DNA from: Haliotis rubra
Lineage: Eukaryota
Length of the DNA stretch: 64,000 nt
NCBI RefSeq assembly: GCF_003918875.1
Contig: NW_025767190.1
Coordinates: forward strand, 4,898,001-4,962,000
Direction: 5' to 3'
Below the pieces are notes generated by a model, which searched no databases, was not told where the DNA came from, and saw only the letters and a list, made by a program, of their open reading frames with translations. This document shows, one piece after another, positions 36,473-49,217 of the stretch (the stretch's first letter is position 1; each line of letters begins with the position of its first letter). The translations under genes and the position numbers were made by a program.

Positions 36473-37031
36473 TGTGGTTTATAAATAGATATATTTTAAA
36501 GATTGGTAATTTAGATAAGTACCTTAGATTGTTAGTGGCTGTACCCTCAAAGGAGGTTAAAGTACTGTAAAATTATTGTCCTCCTGAGAGGGTACGTAAG
36601 TCCCAAAACTTTCAAAGTAGACTTTTCACATACCAAGTTTTTAAACGTAGTATTTTTGTTCATTTAGATTTCGGCTAAATTGTCCTACAATCACCAGCGG
36701 CTGAAGGGATGGTGTAAATCCAACTAGGGTCCTGCAGGTAGCAAAGGTACTGTAAGTCCCCATGGACCCTAGTATGGTGACCTACTTCCAGTTGTTGGTG
36801 ATCTATAGCCCATTTTTATATTGTGTTGTCCCCTGTGGTTAAAATGTTTTAGACTCTATTACTAGTTTTATCTGTATATGTGATATTCTAGTTGTTTTAC
36901 TGCCCTTCGTTGGCAGGTTTTTATAATATACATATATTTCATTTCAATATCAAATGTTCTCGTCACGATATGGCTGAAATATTGCCGATGTGACGTTAAA
37001 TATTAACTCACTCACTCACTCACTCACTCAC
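36473..37031 (+). mobile_element. 5'-truncated non-LTR retroelement 3' end (LINE 3'UTR-like) with (CACT)n tail
   Basis: 14-bp TSD TCTCAATGGGTTTA (36459-36472, 37032-37045); empty sites in paralogues at ~50879 and ~59537; related fragment at ~43860-44130. Confidence 0.8.
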
Positions 37032-37896
37032 TCTCAATGGGTTTACTCAAAAGTGCTATTTCTATGAGTTCATATAGTGTTGGACGTTACCACAACGTTG
37101 CAGGGTCACAGTTGGTCCTTGTTTCATCTTGCTTGTCGGATATACGCACCCTTTTTCAATATTTAAGGATGTAGTCATGTTTATTATATATATTTATGCC
37201 GTGGTGTAGACATATAGGTTCCAGGTATCGTGTCTCCTACTGCGGTGTAGTGTTAACTGCCGCACTATTAGGGGTGCGACACCTTCATCTCATTCCGTCG
37301 GAATTGTGTGAAGCTATTTCCATACATCACATGGTTGTTGGTGGTTTATAGCCTAGTTTTAATTGGTACGAATGCATCTATTGGATTTACTCTCTTCTTA
37401 TTTTTTATTATGGTCAGGTTGGTTTTATTTTCAAAACTGTGATATATACACCTATTTTACTGTCTTTTGTCGACAGCTATCTTAAAATGATTACCTTGTT
37501 TTCACCGCTATATGGCTGTAATATTGCCGGCGCGAAGTAAAATTTTAACTCACTCACTCACTCACTCCATACATCACAGCATGAGACAGGCAAGAAACTG
37601 GGTTAAAGATAACTGCTTCATCGCATTAAATGAGACTGACACACCATTAACAAATATTAGATGTGGAAATTTGGTCCTCCCGAAGGCTTCGTATTTTATA
37701 AATGATTATCAAACGGAATGAAGTTTGTGAGTAAGTGTATATGATTTGTAGCAATTATCAAATGACAACATTACTGAATAGATTGACGTTTCAATTTAAT
37801 CTGAATATCGTCAACGTTATTACTGCATTTACTTCACACATCATCCTGTAATGTGATGAAAACAGTACATGTACATCAAGGATGTTATGACAATAC

Positions 37897-38067
37897 GGGG
37901 CGGTGGGGTAGCCTAATGGTTAAAGCGTTGTCTCGTCACGCTGAAGACCCAGGTTCGAATCCCCACATGGGTACAATGTGTGAAGCCCATTTCTGGTGTC
38001 CCCCGCCGTGATGTTGCTGGAATATTGCTAAAAGCGGCGTGAAACCAAACTCAGTCAGTCAGTCAGT
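37897..38067 (+). mobile_element. tRNA-derived SINE, family A
   Basis: Same head and tail as 30626; TSD ATGACAATAC. Confidence 0.92.
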
Positions 38068-40029
38068 ATGACAATACATTTGGAACATTTCCATTTCCCA
38101 TGCATTGCACTGCTTGTGTTGACATACATTGAGACTGGGTGTGTTATTGAGTTTGTGCCACCATAGTGTTAGCGCCAGCCTGAAGGGATACTTGTCTCAA
38201 ACGTTTACCACTTCGGTGGTAGCCACGAGCATGACTATGATGCTGATAACCCAGACACAGATTGAAACTGTTATGCGCATGTGAATCTGGAATTATTCCA
38301 TGTATACATATATTTTGTTTACGAGCATTCAATTAATTTATATATACAATCAAAAAAGTATTATCTTTGTTCCCCATGGAATATAACATTGAATAGCTAT
38401 AAATAGACATTCAGAGTTAATACTTCGTCTGGGCGGCTACACAGCTTAGCTTGAAATGACGAATATATACATGTCATAGTCCCGATCTTGAATGAACTAT
38501 TTAACACTTTATCTGTTATTTTACACGGCAAAATTGTGTCCAAAGAGTCTTCAGGAAAAACAATCACTTAATTAAATACGGAAACAAAGGAGTTCAGGAG
38601 TTCAAAGGGATACTTCGTCACAGAGAGCAATTTCGAGGTCTGAATTCCTAAATCTATGTAACAGTTTATTCTGTAATACTGAATGAACACACATACACTC
38701 TCTGTTATTTGACCCATGTGAGCACTTCATTTTATGGCTGGGTGTTTTCAGAAATTAAGTTTGTATAACCATTTCATAACTCGGAATAGAAAGTGAAAAT
38801 TCATTTTTATTGACACAACAAACATAATGAAGTCTATGCATCGCTTATCCGTGGCTTCGACAATCGTGTTTAATGTGTGAACGAGTGTTTGTAGGTGTTA
38901 ATGATAATGGCTTTCTCGTTTTTCGTGATACCCTAAAATATAATTTAAAGTCACTTTATGGGAATCAGCATGTACGCTCTCAATGTTGATTAATTGCCGC
39001 CACTTGGTATTTTGTTTTATTTTGTGACAATTGTTGAGTGGTGAGTGCTACCAATAGCGAAGGAGGTTTCATATTTTTCGCGAACACACGCTATCATCTC
39101 TGTTTTTCAATTATCTATTTGTACATATTAAGCCTTTACGCACCGAGGAGCCTGTATCGGCAAACGGAATATTCTGAAACGTTGACGTTCATAATTCTTG
39201 TTAAAATACACATTCAATTATCAATACAAAGAAAAATGCATAAACAAATTTTATAGCAAAATCCATATAACTTTTGAAAGGAAATCCGTGAGTGAAAACA
39301 GCATAGATTAATATTCCATCTGTGTATGTTACTGTTACCATGTGTTACGTGTTGATTCCCAGACTGAAACACAAACAGTAAACTTTGAAATCTGTACATA
39401 CAGAGCAAAAGTTGACAAAAGTGAATAACCACACACGATTATACAACATTCAACATATGAGATCAATATACACAGGAAACGATTTAAAAGATGAACAATC
39501 ATAATGAGAAATGCAATGACCAAATTAATACCTGGCAGCAGGAATGGAATAACAGTTTTTGTGTCAGTTTATTGTCCTGCATGTGGATATCTCCTATGCT
39601 GGAAATACACAATGCAACATGTGCCATTTCATCAAATAAATCAAACACATATAGTTGTACATTGATTCTTCTTAAGGCAATATTTTAGAATTGTATCATC
39701 ACCAGTCTAAGATACATGAGACATTATGTTAAGAGTCGGTTTCAAATTCGAAAAAAAACTTAAACCCAGAAATCTATACGCATCAGAATTCAGTGTGAAT
39801 TCAATTATCAAGTAAGAAATGTTTTAAGAATAACAATATTGACACGATCTGCACATCCCCTGTGCAGTTTTGTTACTTTGCCCGAAAGTGGTTAATAGTC
39901 TTATCTGCACATCATGTGTGGAACAATCATGTGTTTTAATTTTCCCTACACTTTCTATTGTCTTTGTAGACGGATTGTTTAGCGCTACTGGACTAAAATA
40001 TAACAAGTGCGATGTAATGTCCAGACTTA

Positions 40030-40463
40030 CTGAGTACAGATTCCCTGAATGAAGTTATTTCCTTCATTGACATCGAAAGTGGCCTTCACACAGGAGAGAT
40101 AATGTTGTGACGGAAGAACTTGTTCTATTGGTGCAGCCCCACGTAATCATTTATTTCTATCTCAAACATGATTCCCGGGAAGGTACTTGAAATTGCTTCT
40201 ACGAAACTGTTACCTTTCTTGTGGCACGGACAGACATAGGAATATTCCAGAGGGTGTAATTAATCCGATTGGCAGTGGAGGAGAATTATCCATCGAACCT
40301 TTTATTTTGGGTAACGATAAACTGATATCGTCACAGTGTAGTATGGGGATATCAGACATCGTAATGGTTTCAGGGAATGACGCCTTGCTGGTATGCGCTG
40401 ATGAAACACTAGACGAAATCACGTGCTAGAGAGGAGTTATCCCATAATATAGGTTCCCATTAC
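40030..40463 (-). pseudogene. Exon-like remnants of an unidentified multi-exon gene (paralogue at ~51350-51772)
   Basis: Both copies keep TTTCAG|G..GNxY(Y/F)G(I/M)TPL...CAAGAAAG|GTAAC, followed by a YLP(G/V)IMFEIEI(N/H)DYV segment; the 51.35k copy ends GAATCTGTAC|GTGAGT. Stops and frameshifts present. Confidence 0.35.
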
Positions 40464-41535
40464 CTGAAAAGACTTTAAGTGTATTGGGTTATCTTATCAC
40501 GTGAATACGAGATATTTGGAAAACCAGCACGACCCAGAATGCCTCAGGGTCTTAACTGCAGAGAGTGAATGAGTATAGTTTTAAACTGCCTTTGGAATTA
40601 GTGCGGATTGGGACGCCAGATATGGGTTTCATACATTGAAGACTAGTGGGAATTTTTGAACATTGACAGAACAAGTGACATCTTACCCCTTAATATGTGC
40701 ATCTGGATGCATATCATGCATTTTGTACTTGCTATTAAATGTGCTTACTTAGGTCTCATTGGTGTATACGTACGGATATCATGTATTTCATTAGCATGCT
40801 TCACAAAACTTACCTACATTTCCTAACAGAAACCTTTCTGTCTCATAGATGTGGTGTCTTATTCTCGGTCACTGCTTTGGTTCTCAGTACAAGAGAGGAA
40901 TAGACATGTCTTCAGGCATCACACTCAAGTCGGAAAGGTCGGTAGTGCTGGTGCGTGATTTTGAGTCTCAGATGATGATGATGATTTGGAGATTTAACTT
41001 GCGCTTTCCAACATAATTTCTATTTCACTCTCAGTCAACCTCTGAGATTGGCATTATTGACGATCAATTCATTTGATAAAGAATTATTTGAGTGATTATA
41101 TGACAGTTATGGCAATCGCTGCCTTGTCAGCAAGAACGGATGTGCAGACATTCAATGAAAATTCATTCGAGATATGAGCAAGGTTACAGAACACGTTAAA
41201 TCAATCCGACCAGATACCAACAACCTCAAAATATCTGTTGACTCCTCTGGAAGAAAATTCAAAAGGAAAAACAACAGGTATTGCAATTATACATGGATAC
41301 TGTTCAGACGGAATTTGATGATGTAAGATGTGACGCTATAGAGAGGAAGGTAGCTCAGGCTGAAATATAAATGAATGAAATGGAACACACATGAAAACAA
41401 CATTATATGGAGCTTCTGATAATGACGGAGATACGGTTATAGAACGAAGGAAGCTGATTGTGGATACTCTGAATGAAATCTAAATCTAAAGAACATTAGG
41501 AAGCAATACATACCCAAAAATATACTTAATTCGAC

Positions 41536-41894
41536 GACCGCCTCCGTGGTGTAGTGGTTAGAGCGTCCGCCCGGAGAGCGGAAGGTCGCGGGTTCGATCC
41601 CCGACTGCGTCATACCAAAAGACGTTAAAATATGGTACTTGTTGGTCTCTGCCTGGCGCTCGGCATTAATGGGTACAACAAGGACTGGTCGGCTCGGAGT
41701 CAGTATAATGTGTCTGAGTGGGGTATCCATGCTTCACTGCGGCATGGTATCTCAGTGGGCTAGCACTATAAACCAGCTTAAGTCTGGGCTAGTACAAGCA
41801 GCCGCACATACACACACACGCGCATGCACGTCGTCATATGAGCGAAATATTCTCAAGCACGACGTTAAATCCGATTTCATCTCACCTCACCTCA
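41536..41894 (+). mobile_element. tRNA-derived SINE, family B (Meta/MESC-like central domain)
   Basis: A box TGGTGTAGTGG, B box GGTTCGATCC, core GTCATACCAAAAGACGTTAAAATATGGTAC..GCCTGGCGCTCGGCATT, (CTCAC)n tail, TSD ACTTAATT(C/A)GAC. Domain name is from recall, not from a search. Confidence 0.88.
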
Positions 41895-42304
41895 CTTAAT
41901 TAGACCTTCAGTACAAGAGTTTATTCGCATTATAGCAACGACAAACTATCAAGATTCAATTTTATTTCTAGTATTTATTATGTTATACTTAAAAATGCTT
42001 TCAAGAGAAGAACTATTTTGAAATGAAATATGAATCTGTTGTTATCATGATCCTGAACTTTGTCGTATGAACTTCATGGATTCGGGTCTATGGCCTTTCA
42101 TACAATACACATTTGAATCATAACCGCATCAGAGAATCAGGTATGATTCACCCAAAAAAATATTCAGAATAATCTGAAAACAATATGGTGTACTTGTATT
42201 AAGATACAACGCAATGCTCGATATATTCACCTTTTCTTATAGCCTACATTATAGTCCAATGATTGAATGACTGAGTGAGTATAGTTTCACGTAGATTTTA
42301 GCTA

Positions 42305-43168
42305 TACTATCCATAATAGAAAGGCATAGGCGTTTTGTATTTTAAAGAATCTATTAACTACCTACTGTGTTCAGACAAAATATGTAACAAAAGGGTTGAT
42401 AACATGATTTTACACAAATGCACAAGTAGAAGAATCGACTTTACTTGAAAATGTTGATTTTGATGAGATTTCTTACAAGGATTAAAAAGGCATCACCACA
42501 AAGTAACAATAATCACCTTCCAGTTGAAATTGTGCAGCAAAGAGCATGCACTGTATGGCTATAAAAATCCAGATTACTTTCGGAAATCGGCATTTGTTTT
42601 GAAGGAGTTTCTAGGTCAAATCACTACGTTACGTCTTGACGCTGCGACACGGAACATCGCCATTGAAAGAATCCACGCTGGAGATTAACAATCTTTTGTT
42701 GCCAGGCGTCTGAATGTTAGTCTGAGCACGATATCACGAGCAGCTCCTTACTACCAAACAGGTATGACAATTGACCGTCCCCGTACAGGCAGACCTCGAG
42801 TCACCACTGCAGCCCAAGATCGGTACATCCGGGTACTACATTTGCGTGATCGTTCTGCCACGGATGAGAGCACAGCAGACAGGGCGCCTGGGCTTCGGAG
42901 GGTATCCGGTCAAACTGTACGGAACAGGTTGATAAAGATTGGACTCAGAGCCAGGAGCCCCGACGTCGGGGCAGTGCTACGTCGTCACCATCGCGCTCAA
43001 TGTTACCGTTATCTCAAATGATCCACTTGGTTGTATAGAAATTTCCTTCTTTTAAACTGCTATAAAAATTCATGTACTAAAGTCTTTTTTCGGACGAGTT
43101 ATACATGTTTGAAAATGCAATATTTTCGCAAGAGATTTCTGGGTTATGCGTTTCTTTTTTTAATAGTA
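42305..43168 (+). mobile_element. Degenerate, internally deleted Tc1-family element (N-terminal HTH remnant)
   Basis: Decayed TIRs (TACTATCCATAATAGAAAGGCATA vs TACTATTAAAAAAAGAAACGCATA); TA flanks; remnant ..RLDAATRNIAI..DRPRTGRPRVTTAAQDRYIRVLHLRDR..LRRVSGQTVRNRL, similar to the intact transposase. Confidence 0.85.
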
Positions 43169-43500
43169 TATATTCCACTTTATAATTACGGACTACACAA
43201 ACGGACTGTCCGCATTGTAAATGTACCCACAAGGAGAATAGACAAGCGTGACAAGCTAACGCCTTAACCACTAGGCTACCCTTCTGTCATTAGAATCAAC
43301 TATGGGGTGAACCAGCGATAGATAAATTTGCATATAGACAACATTTTCTTAGACTTCAATCGATACTATGTGTGTTGCTAGACAAGTAGTATGAACATGT
43401 TCCTCATCATCATCCTTTGCATGTATAATTTACACACAAAAATAGTTTCATTGCAGATCTCACAATTGTTGTTTGTAATAATAAACGTTCTAAAATAACA

Positions 43501-43846
43501 TAGGTCTCCTTGAACCTTACTCATGGGTCTCCCTAAACCTTACTCATAGGTCTCCTTGAACCTTACTCATAGGTCTCCTTGAACCTTACTCATAGGTTTC
43601 CTTGAGCCTTACTCATAGTTCTCCTTGAACCTTACTCATAGGTCTCCTTGAACCTTGCTCATAGTTCTCCTTGAACCTTACTCATAGGTCTCCTTGAACC
43701 TTACTCATAGTTCTCCTTGAACCTTACTCATTCTCCTTGAACCTTACTCATAGGTCTCCTTGAACCTTACTCATAGTTCTCCTTGAACCTTACTCATAGG
43801 TCTCCTTGAACCTTACTCATAGGTCTCCTTGAACCTTACTCATAGT
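43501..43846. repeat. 23-bp minisatellite, ~15 copies (TAG(G/T)TCTCCTTGAACCTTACTCA)
   Basis: Head-to-tail units with no spacers. Confidence 0.95.
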
Positions 43847-43859
43847 TCGTGATTCAGTC

Positions 43860-44130
43860 CAGTTCCCAATGGTCCCTAGTACGGTGGTCTACCTTCAGTT
43901 GCTGGTGATCTGTAGCCTGTATTTATAGTGTAATGTCCTAAATAGTATATACTTTTACGTCACATGCTAGTTTTAAATCTCTCGTTGTGATATTATAGTT
44001 CTCTTATTGTCTTTCGCAGACAGGTTTTTAGATATAACATTATAAATTATTTAAATATGACCCTTTTTAAGTCACGATATGGCTGAAATATTGCCAAAGT
44101 GTCTTTAAATTCTAACTCACTCACTCACTC
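43860..44130 (+). mobile_element. LINE 3'-end fragment related to 36473-37031
   Basis: CCCTAGTA.GGTG..CTAC...CAGTTG.TGGTGATCT..AGCC...GTCACGATATGGCTGAAATATTGCC...(CACT)n. Confidence 0.7.
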
Positions 44131-44389
44131 ATTCCAGATCCATTAATAAGGTGGAGACATAAGTGAGTGAATATGCTTTTACGACGATTTTGAATGAGTT
44201 TCAAAGAGTACATTCATGTGGGGTAATGAACCTGGGTTTTCGGCGTTTGGAGCCACTACGCTACACCACTGCCCCTAGATAAATAGGAATGGAATATTTT
44301 ATCATTACTGCAGTCCTATATGCGATGAAACGTTGATGGACTTTATATGACTTTATAGAAACTAAATGTACAATCTATTGTACCTCCTA

Positions 44390-44633
44390 ACCCGTGAAGG
44401 TCCGGGTTAGAATGAACCTTCAGTAACCCATGCTTGTCGTAAGAGGCGACTAACGGGACAGGGTGGTCAGGTTCGCTGACTTGGTTGACACATGTCATCG
44501 TATCCCAATTGTGCAGATCGATGCTTATGCTGTTGATCACTGGATTGTCTGGTCCAGACCCAATTATTTACAGACCGCCGCCATATAGCTGGAATATTGC
44601 TGTGTGCGGCGTAAAACTAAACTCACTCACTCA
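44390..44633 (+). mobile_element. SINE-like family C, full copy
   Basis: 15-bp TSD CTATTGTACCTCCTA (44375-44389, 44634-44648); (CACT)n tail. Confidence 0.9.
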
Positions 44634-47600
44634 CTATTGTACCTCCTATAACATAACTATGTATTTATGACTCACCAAAAGACCAAAGCACCAAGGACAT
44701 ACAACTTTTTTAATTGGACTTCAGACACTGACACCGACACATACATTTGACATCAGAAGCTGGAAAAAGGCTAACGTTCCCAGATTTAATGATATCTAAG
44801 ACAGAGATCAAGCCTGAGGCAATCGGTTCGAAGAAAACCTTGTCAAATTCAAAACATCAAACAGAGTAATCACTCTCGAATATGAATTTCATACGGTCTA
44901 AGAGGCAAAAGGGTTTTGTACGTGAAAGCTCCGATTTCAGGTTCTGCCGAGCAAACCAAAAACTATAACGCTCGAATTCTATGCGTGTTCATCGACTGAA
45001 CTATAAGTTTTCAACGCCTTGGAGGTAGCATCTACAAACATGAGGACTACGAAACAAGTAACATGAGCATATTAGGAGAAAGTTAGACAGAACCTTAGAT
45101 TGGGATCGGCTAGTTAGCTACAGCTGACGGCAACACCAGCGACAACAAATGGAATCAGCAACTTACCAGACCAGACGAGATTCACGGAATACGTCAACAC
45201 CAAATGACAGAAACCCAGGCAATGACCATAGCTTTTGATCCACCCTTAACACCATCCAATTCAAAGCAGCGTGTAAACCCTCACGAAAAGGGATTACGAC
45301 GCGCTATTCAATTTACTTTTTTGTGATGAATCAATTCGAAACATGTCAATATAATCATGTCATTAACTTGTAGTACGGTGCAGTATATAGACAAAAGATC
45401 TTCCAGTGATGTCAAATGTAAATAGAATGACAAATTGAAGGAAATTAGAATTGATAAAAATGCTAGAAACACTGTAATCCTTGAGTCATACCACTCGAGA
45501 GGTCAACTTGCATTTTTCATTTTGGTATTAAGAATACGAGGATGAATGTTTGGATTATTCTGACACATATGGACATTCATGTCCACGATCTCCGCAATGT
45601 TGTAAATTGTTCGGTAGCAGTGGACATGTGATGTTTTAAGGTCATTATTTCTCCACTTTCCATTTTGCCATAGTGACAAATAAATGTCAATGAATAGTCA
45701 CCATGCATCCGTTCAGGCACATTGCTGTTAAACGAGTCAAACGGTCAAACGAGTGCAGAGTCCAGACAGAAAATTGACGGATTGTCAAATTACCATACAT
45801 CACCTTATCCCACATACTATAATTTAACATTTCTAAGTTAAAACTGTCCCTGTACGTGGAATGGTCATGTTACAGGTTTATATTGGTCATATAAGAACCA
45901 TTAATAAAATGACAGGGAGGATCCATCAGCATCTTCAGTAGCAGCTGGTTTGTCTTGTGTGGACTTAATTACTGATAGGCCACCAAGATATGGTCTATTC
46001 TACTCTACAGCACCTTCTCATAGATGTGACATCTAACAATTACATCGCAAAACGCTGGAAGGCTTTGGTGCCATTCAAAGAAACCTGGGTTAACTTGAAA
46101 TTGATGATATCATATTGCATCAATGTAGCTATTGATAATTGTTTCCCCTCGGGAATGAAACTAAAAACCTCAACAACTTTCACATCTTCAAGTTTGTCCT
46201 CTTGATGGCTTGATACGGCTTAACAGATCGTCACCATTGCACATACTGCATTCAGAAGACATTGGACGCCTGTGTGAATATTATAGAATTCAGAATTACC
46301 CTCAGTGACAATGCTAGCAAGGAAATGTAATTCCACATTTAAAGTAAGTAAAGATAGTATATCATTTGCTACACGCGAACAGTTACTGTAATGTCTGGCA
46401 CAGATCTTGGTCAGGATTAACCAAATATTTAGAAAATGTATATTCATGCCGCGCCCCGCTTTACATATATGTGGAAGAATTTGATATTTGTATCGTCACT
46501 GAATGTTCTGGCAATTGAAACTCTAAACACGTATATCCGGGAATGTATGTTAAATATGATTTAGTGTTGGGTGACGCTCAAAAGAAAATAATTGCTGATC
46601 TTGTCCGGTAAGATTTTTATATATTGGGTGATGACTAAAGTAGACAATCAGATTGAAAGTAAGGGTTTGTATGTGTATCGAATGGAGTTGAGGATATACG
46701 TTAGTTATTCGAAAACATCCAAGAAAATTAAACATAAATGAAATAGGGAGTCACAAACTTCGATAACATTTACTCACTTTGTCAGAGAAAGCAATTATTT
46801 GTTCTTGTTCATAATTTATGAACCATGTGTAGTATTTGCCTGCAAATAATGAAATAATAAATATGCAATCTCCACTTGTTCTTCCGAGGATTGACATGTT
46901 ACAAAACGCTTCGATTTTGTGTATGGATGTGTTTTATACGTTATGTCGCATTGGCATAACCATTAGATAACTCAGGAGGAAAAGACCTAAGACATATTTT
47001 TATCAACACAACCAACATGTAGCTGATCCGTATATCACTTTGTTAGGTTTTCGCCTAGCACGTTCGAGGTGTGATCCAGTATTGGTAGGTGTGAGAAGTA
47101 ATGGGATCTCACCCTTCAAGATAAATGGGACGTGTATAAAGCTACACTTTGGGAATCAGGAGTGCGATCACAACAATATTTCATAGAAATAATAGAATAT
47201 ATACGGTGAAACTTCATGTTAATCTTCTGATTTACATGTAATCCAAATGTTCCATTGCACAACATACGTGGGCACTTGCAAGGCAACAGGTTATTGGGGG
47301 CACACAGCGATTATCACTATTTCAGTGTTAAGTCCGGTGAATAATCCCAGCATGCAGAGTAAAACCTCTACTATCACTATCATGACCACAAAAATAGAAG
47401 CAGAAATATATGTGCAAGACTTACTAATACCCAAACCGAAACACCCAAATTCAGTTGAACACCAATTGAAAATGGTTATTCTTTACAAAAATACAAGATC
47501 CATATCAAACATTGCACTGCACTTTTCTTATAAACAAAGAAACCAATAACCAAATCTGAAACCAACATCCATTAAATCATTGTAAAGTTATTGCACAAAA

Positions 47601-47908
47601 TAGTATTTCATAGATACTGTATAACATGGATTCCCTACTGACTAGCCAACAAGTCCTTTTATTTGTTCAGTGCTGAGAGCGAGGCATTGAAACTACAACT
47701 ACCATCGTTTAACGTCTGCTGGTATGGCGCAGCAAGAAGGAAATACTGCAAATGAAAAGCCATAGTTATGTTACATGCTGACAGAAGAACCGGGAGTTAT
47801 AATCAATGCTTTCACCGAGGTGGCATGTAACAGCATGTGTCAGAAAACAATAGCTTCGGGGATCAAGGAAGATTATTGGGGGACAGCATGCATCCAACTA
47901 TCTGACTA

Positions 47909-49217
47909 AAGTACTGTCGGAAATGCTAGAAAAATGCTTTTTGACTTATATTTAAAATTCAGAGGTATTACAGTTACTTAAATAAAAAAAATCACTTCAA
48001 GTAACATCTACCTAATGTAGACCGAGGGAATAAATTTTGAGACATGCTCTAAAATGTGTTTTTACTGATGAAAATACCAAAAACTTAGAAAAATAAGGGG
48101 TAGTGGGACGTTATTTGATACAAACATTAACTGCCTGTGTTACATCATCAGCATGCACGGTATCGACAGGTGAAATTGACACCTGAGCACACGCTCGGGT
48201 GAGGGGTCATCTCAATAGATTTTTTGTTTAAAATGTTGAATATGTGTACGTATAGTATACGTATCAGTTATGTAAGGGATCATTTGTGTATGTGTGTTTG
48301 TTTTGAAATAAACATACGAATTACTGTATATTGGAAAGAATCCTATCACTTGTGTTATCTTATCGATTGATTGTAGAAATGTGCAACGTTTAAATAAATG
48401 TTTTGCATGTCAACAGTATATTTCATTGAAAAAATATGGATGTAATTCGGTCAGTTTAAAATAGTTGTGAACATTGGCCAAAGATTTAACGAAGTCACTG
48501 GTGTAGCTTCTTTAGAATATATATATTTTTCTTCTCATAAAGTTTGTAGACCGCCCGTCTAAGCATTCCCTTGTCAAAGTTGTCAAGGATGGTTTTACGT
48601 CCCGGTTTTGCATTTGAGACGGTCCCTGTCTTGTCTGATTTGTTTACAATATTGTAAACTTGTTGGTAAGACATGCCAACAGCTCTACAAGTTCTGTAAT
48701 AAACCCTTTCTAAACTAATGACAGTTTTACCTCTGTCTTTTTTAAGCAGAAAAACCTATAAACCTTTGCAACAATCGACTGCAAATCGTTGGCCATAGTG
48801 GACGCTGTGATAAAGATGTGCATGCATGACGGGAAACTTATTTATTAAGACTTAACATTTATATTAATATTTCTTCAATAAAGAAAACGATAATTAAGTA
48901 AAGTAACATGAACATTCAACATTTATTTGTGTAGGAAAAATGTTAATTTATATTTTTACACCACCTGTATTATTAGCATAAATGTAAAGACTATTTCAGA
49001 TTTCTGTTGTTTAACTCTGAAAAAATCGTAAGTTGCTGTTTTGGTACCAAATTCTCTCCTGTAAACTGCCCTTTAAATGCATGGGAATTTTAAATCGATT
49101 GCAATAAAAATTAGGTAGACAATAGGCGAGTTGATATATTGACAACATAGTACATTTATCACCTTTATAAAGATATTAAGGCTAAAAAGCATTTTTCTAG
49201 CATTTCCGACAGTACTT
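47909..49217 (-). mobile_element. Non-autonomous IS630-Tc1-mariner element with Sailor(DD82E)-like N-terminal remnant (48495-48796)
   Basis: Perfect 34-bp TIRs AAGTACTGTCGGAAATGCTAGAAAAATGCTTTTT flanked by TA. Frameshifted minus ORF MANDLQSIVAKVYRFF/LLKKDRGKTVISLERVYYRTCRAVGMSYQQVYNIV..KPGRKTILDNFDKGMLRRAVYKLYEKK..LKKLH*. DDE domain missing. Confidence 0.8.

Noticed and set aside
43501-43846. CRISPR-like array
   Set aside because: Repeats are contiguous with no unique spacers, there are no cas genes, and the context is eukaryotic; it is a minisatellite.
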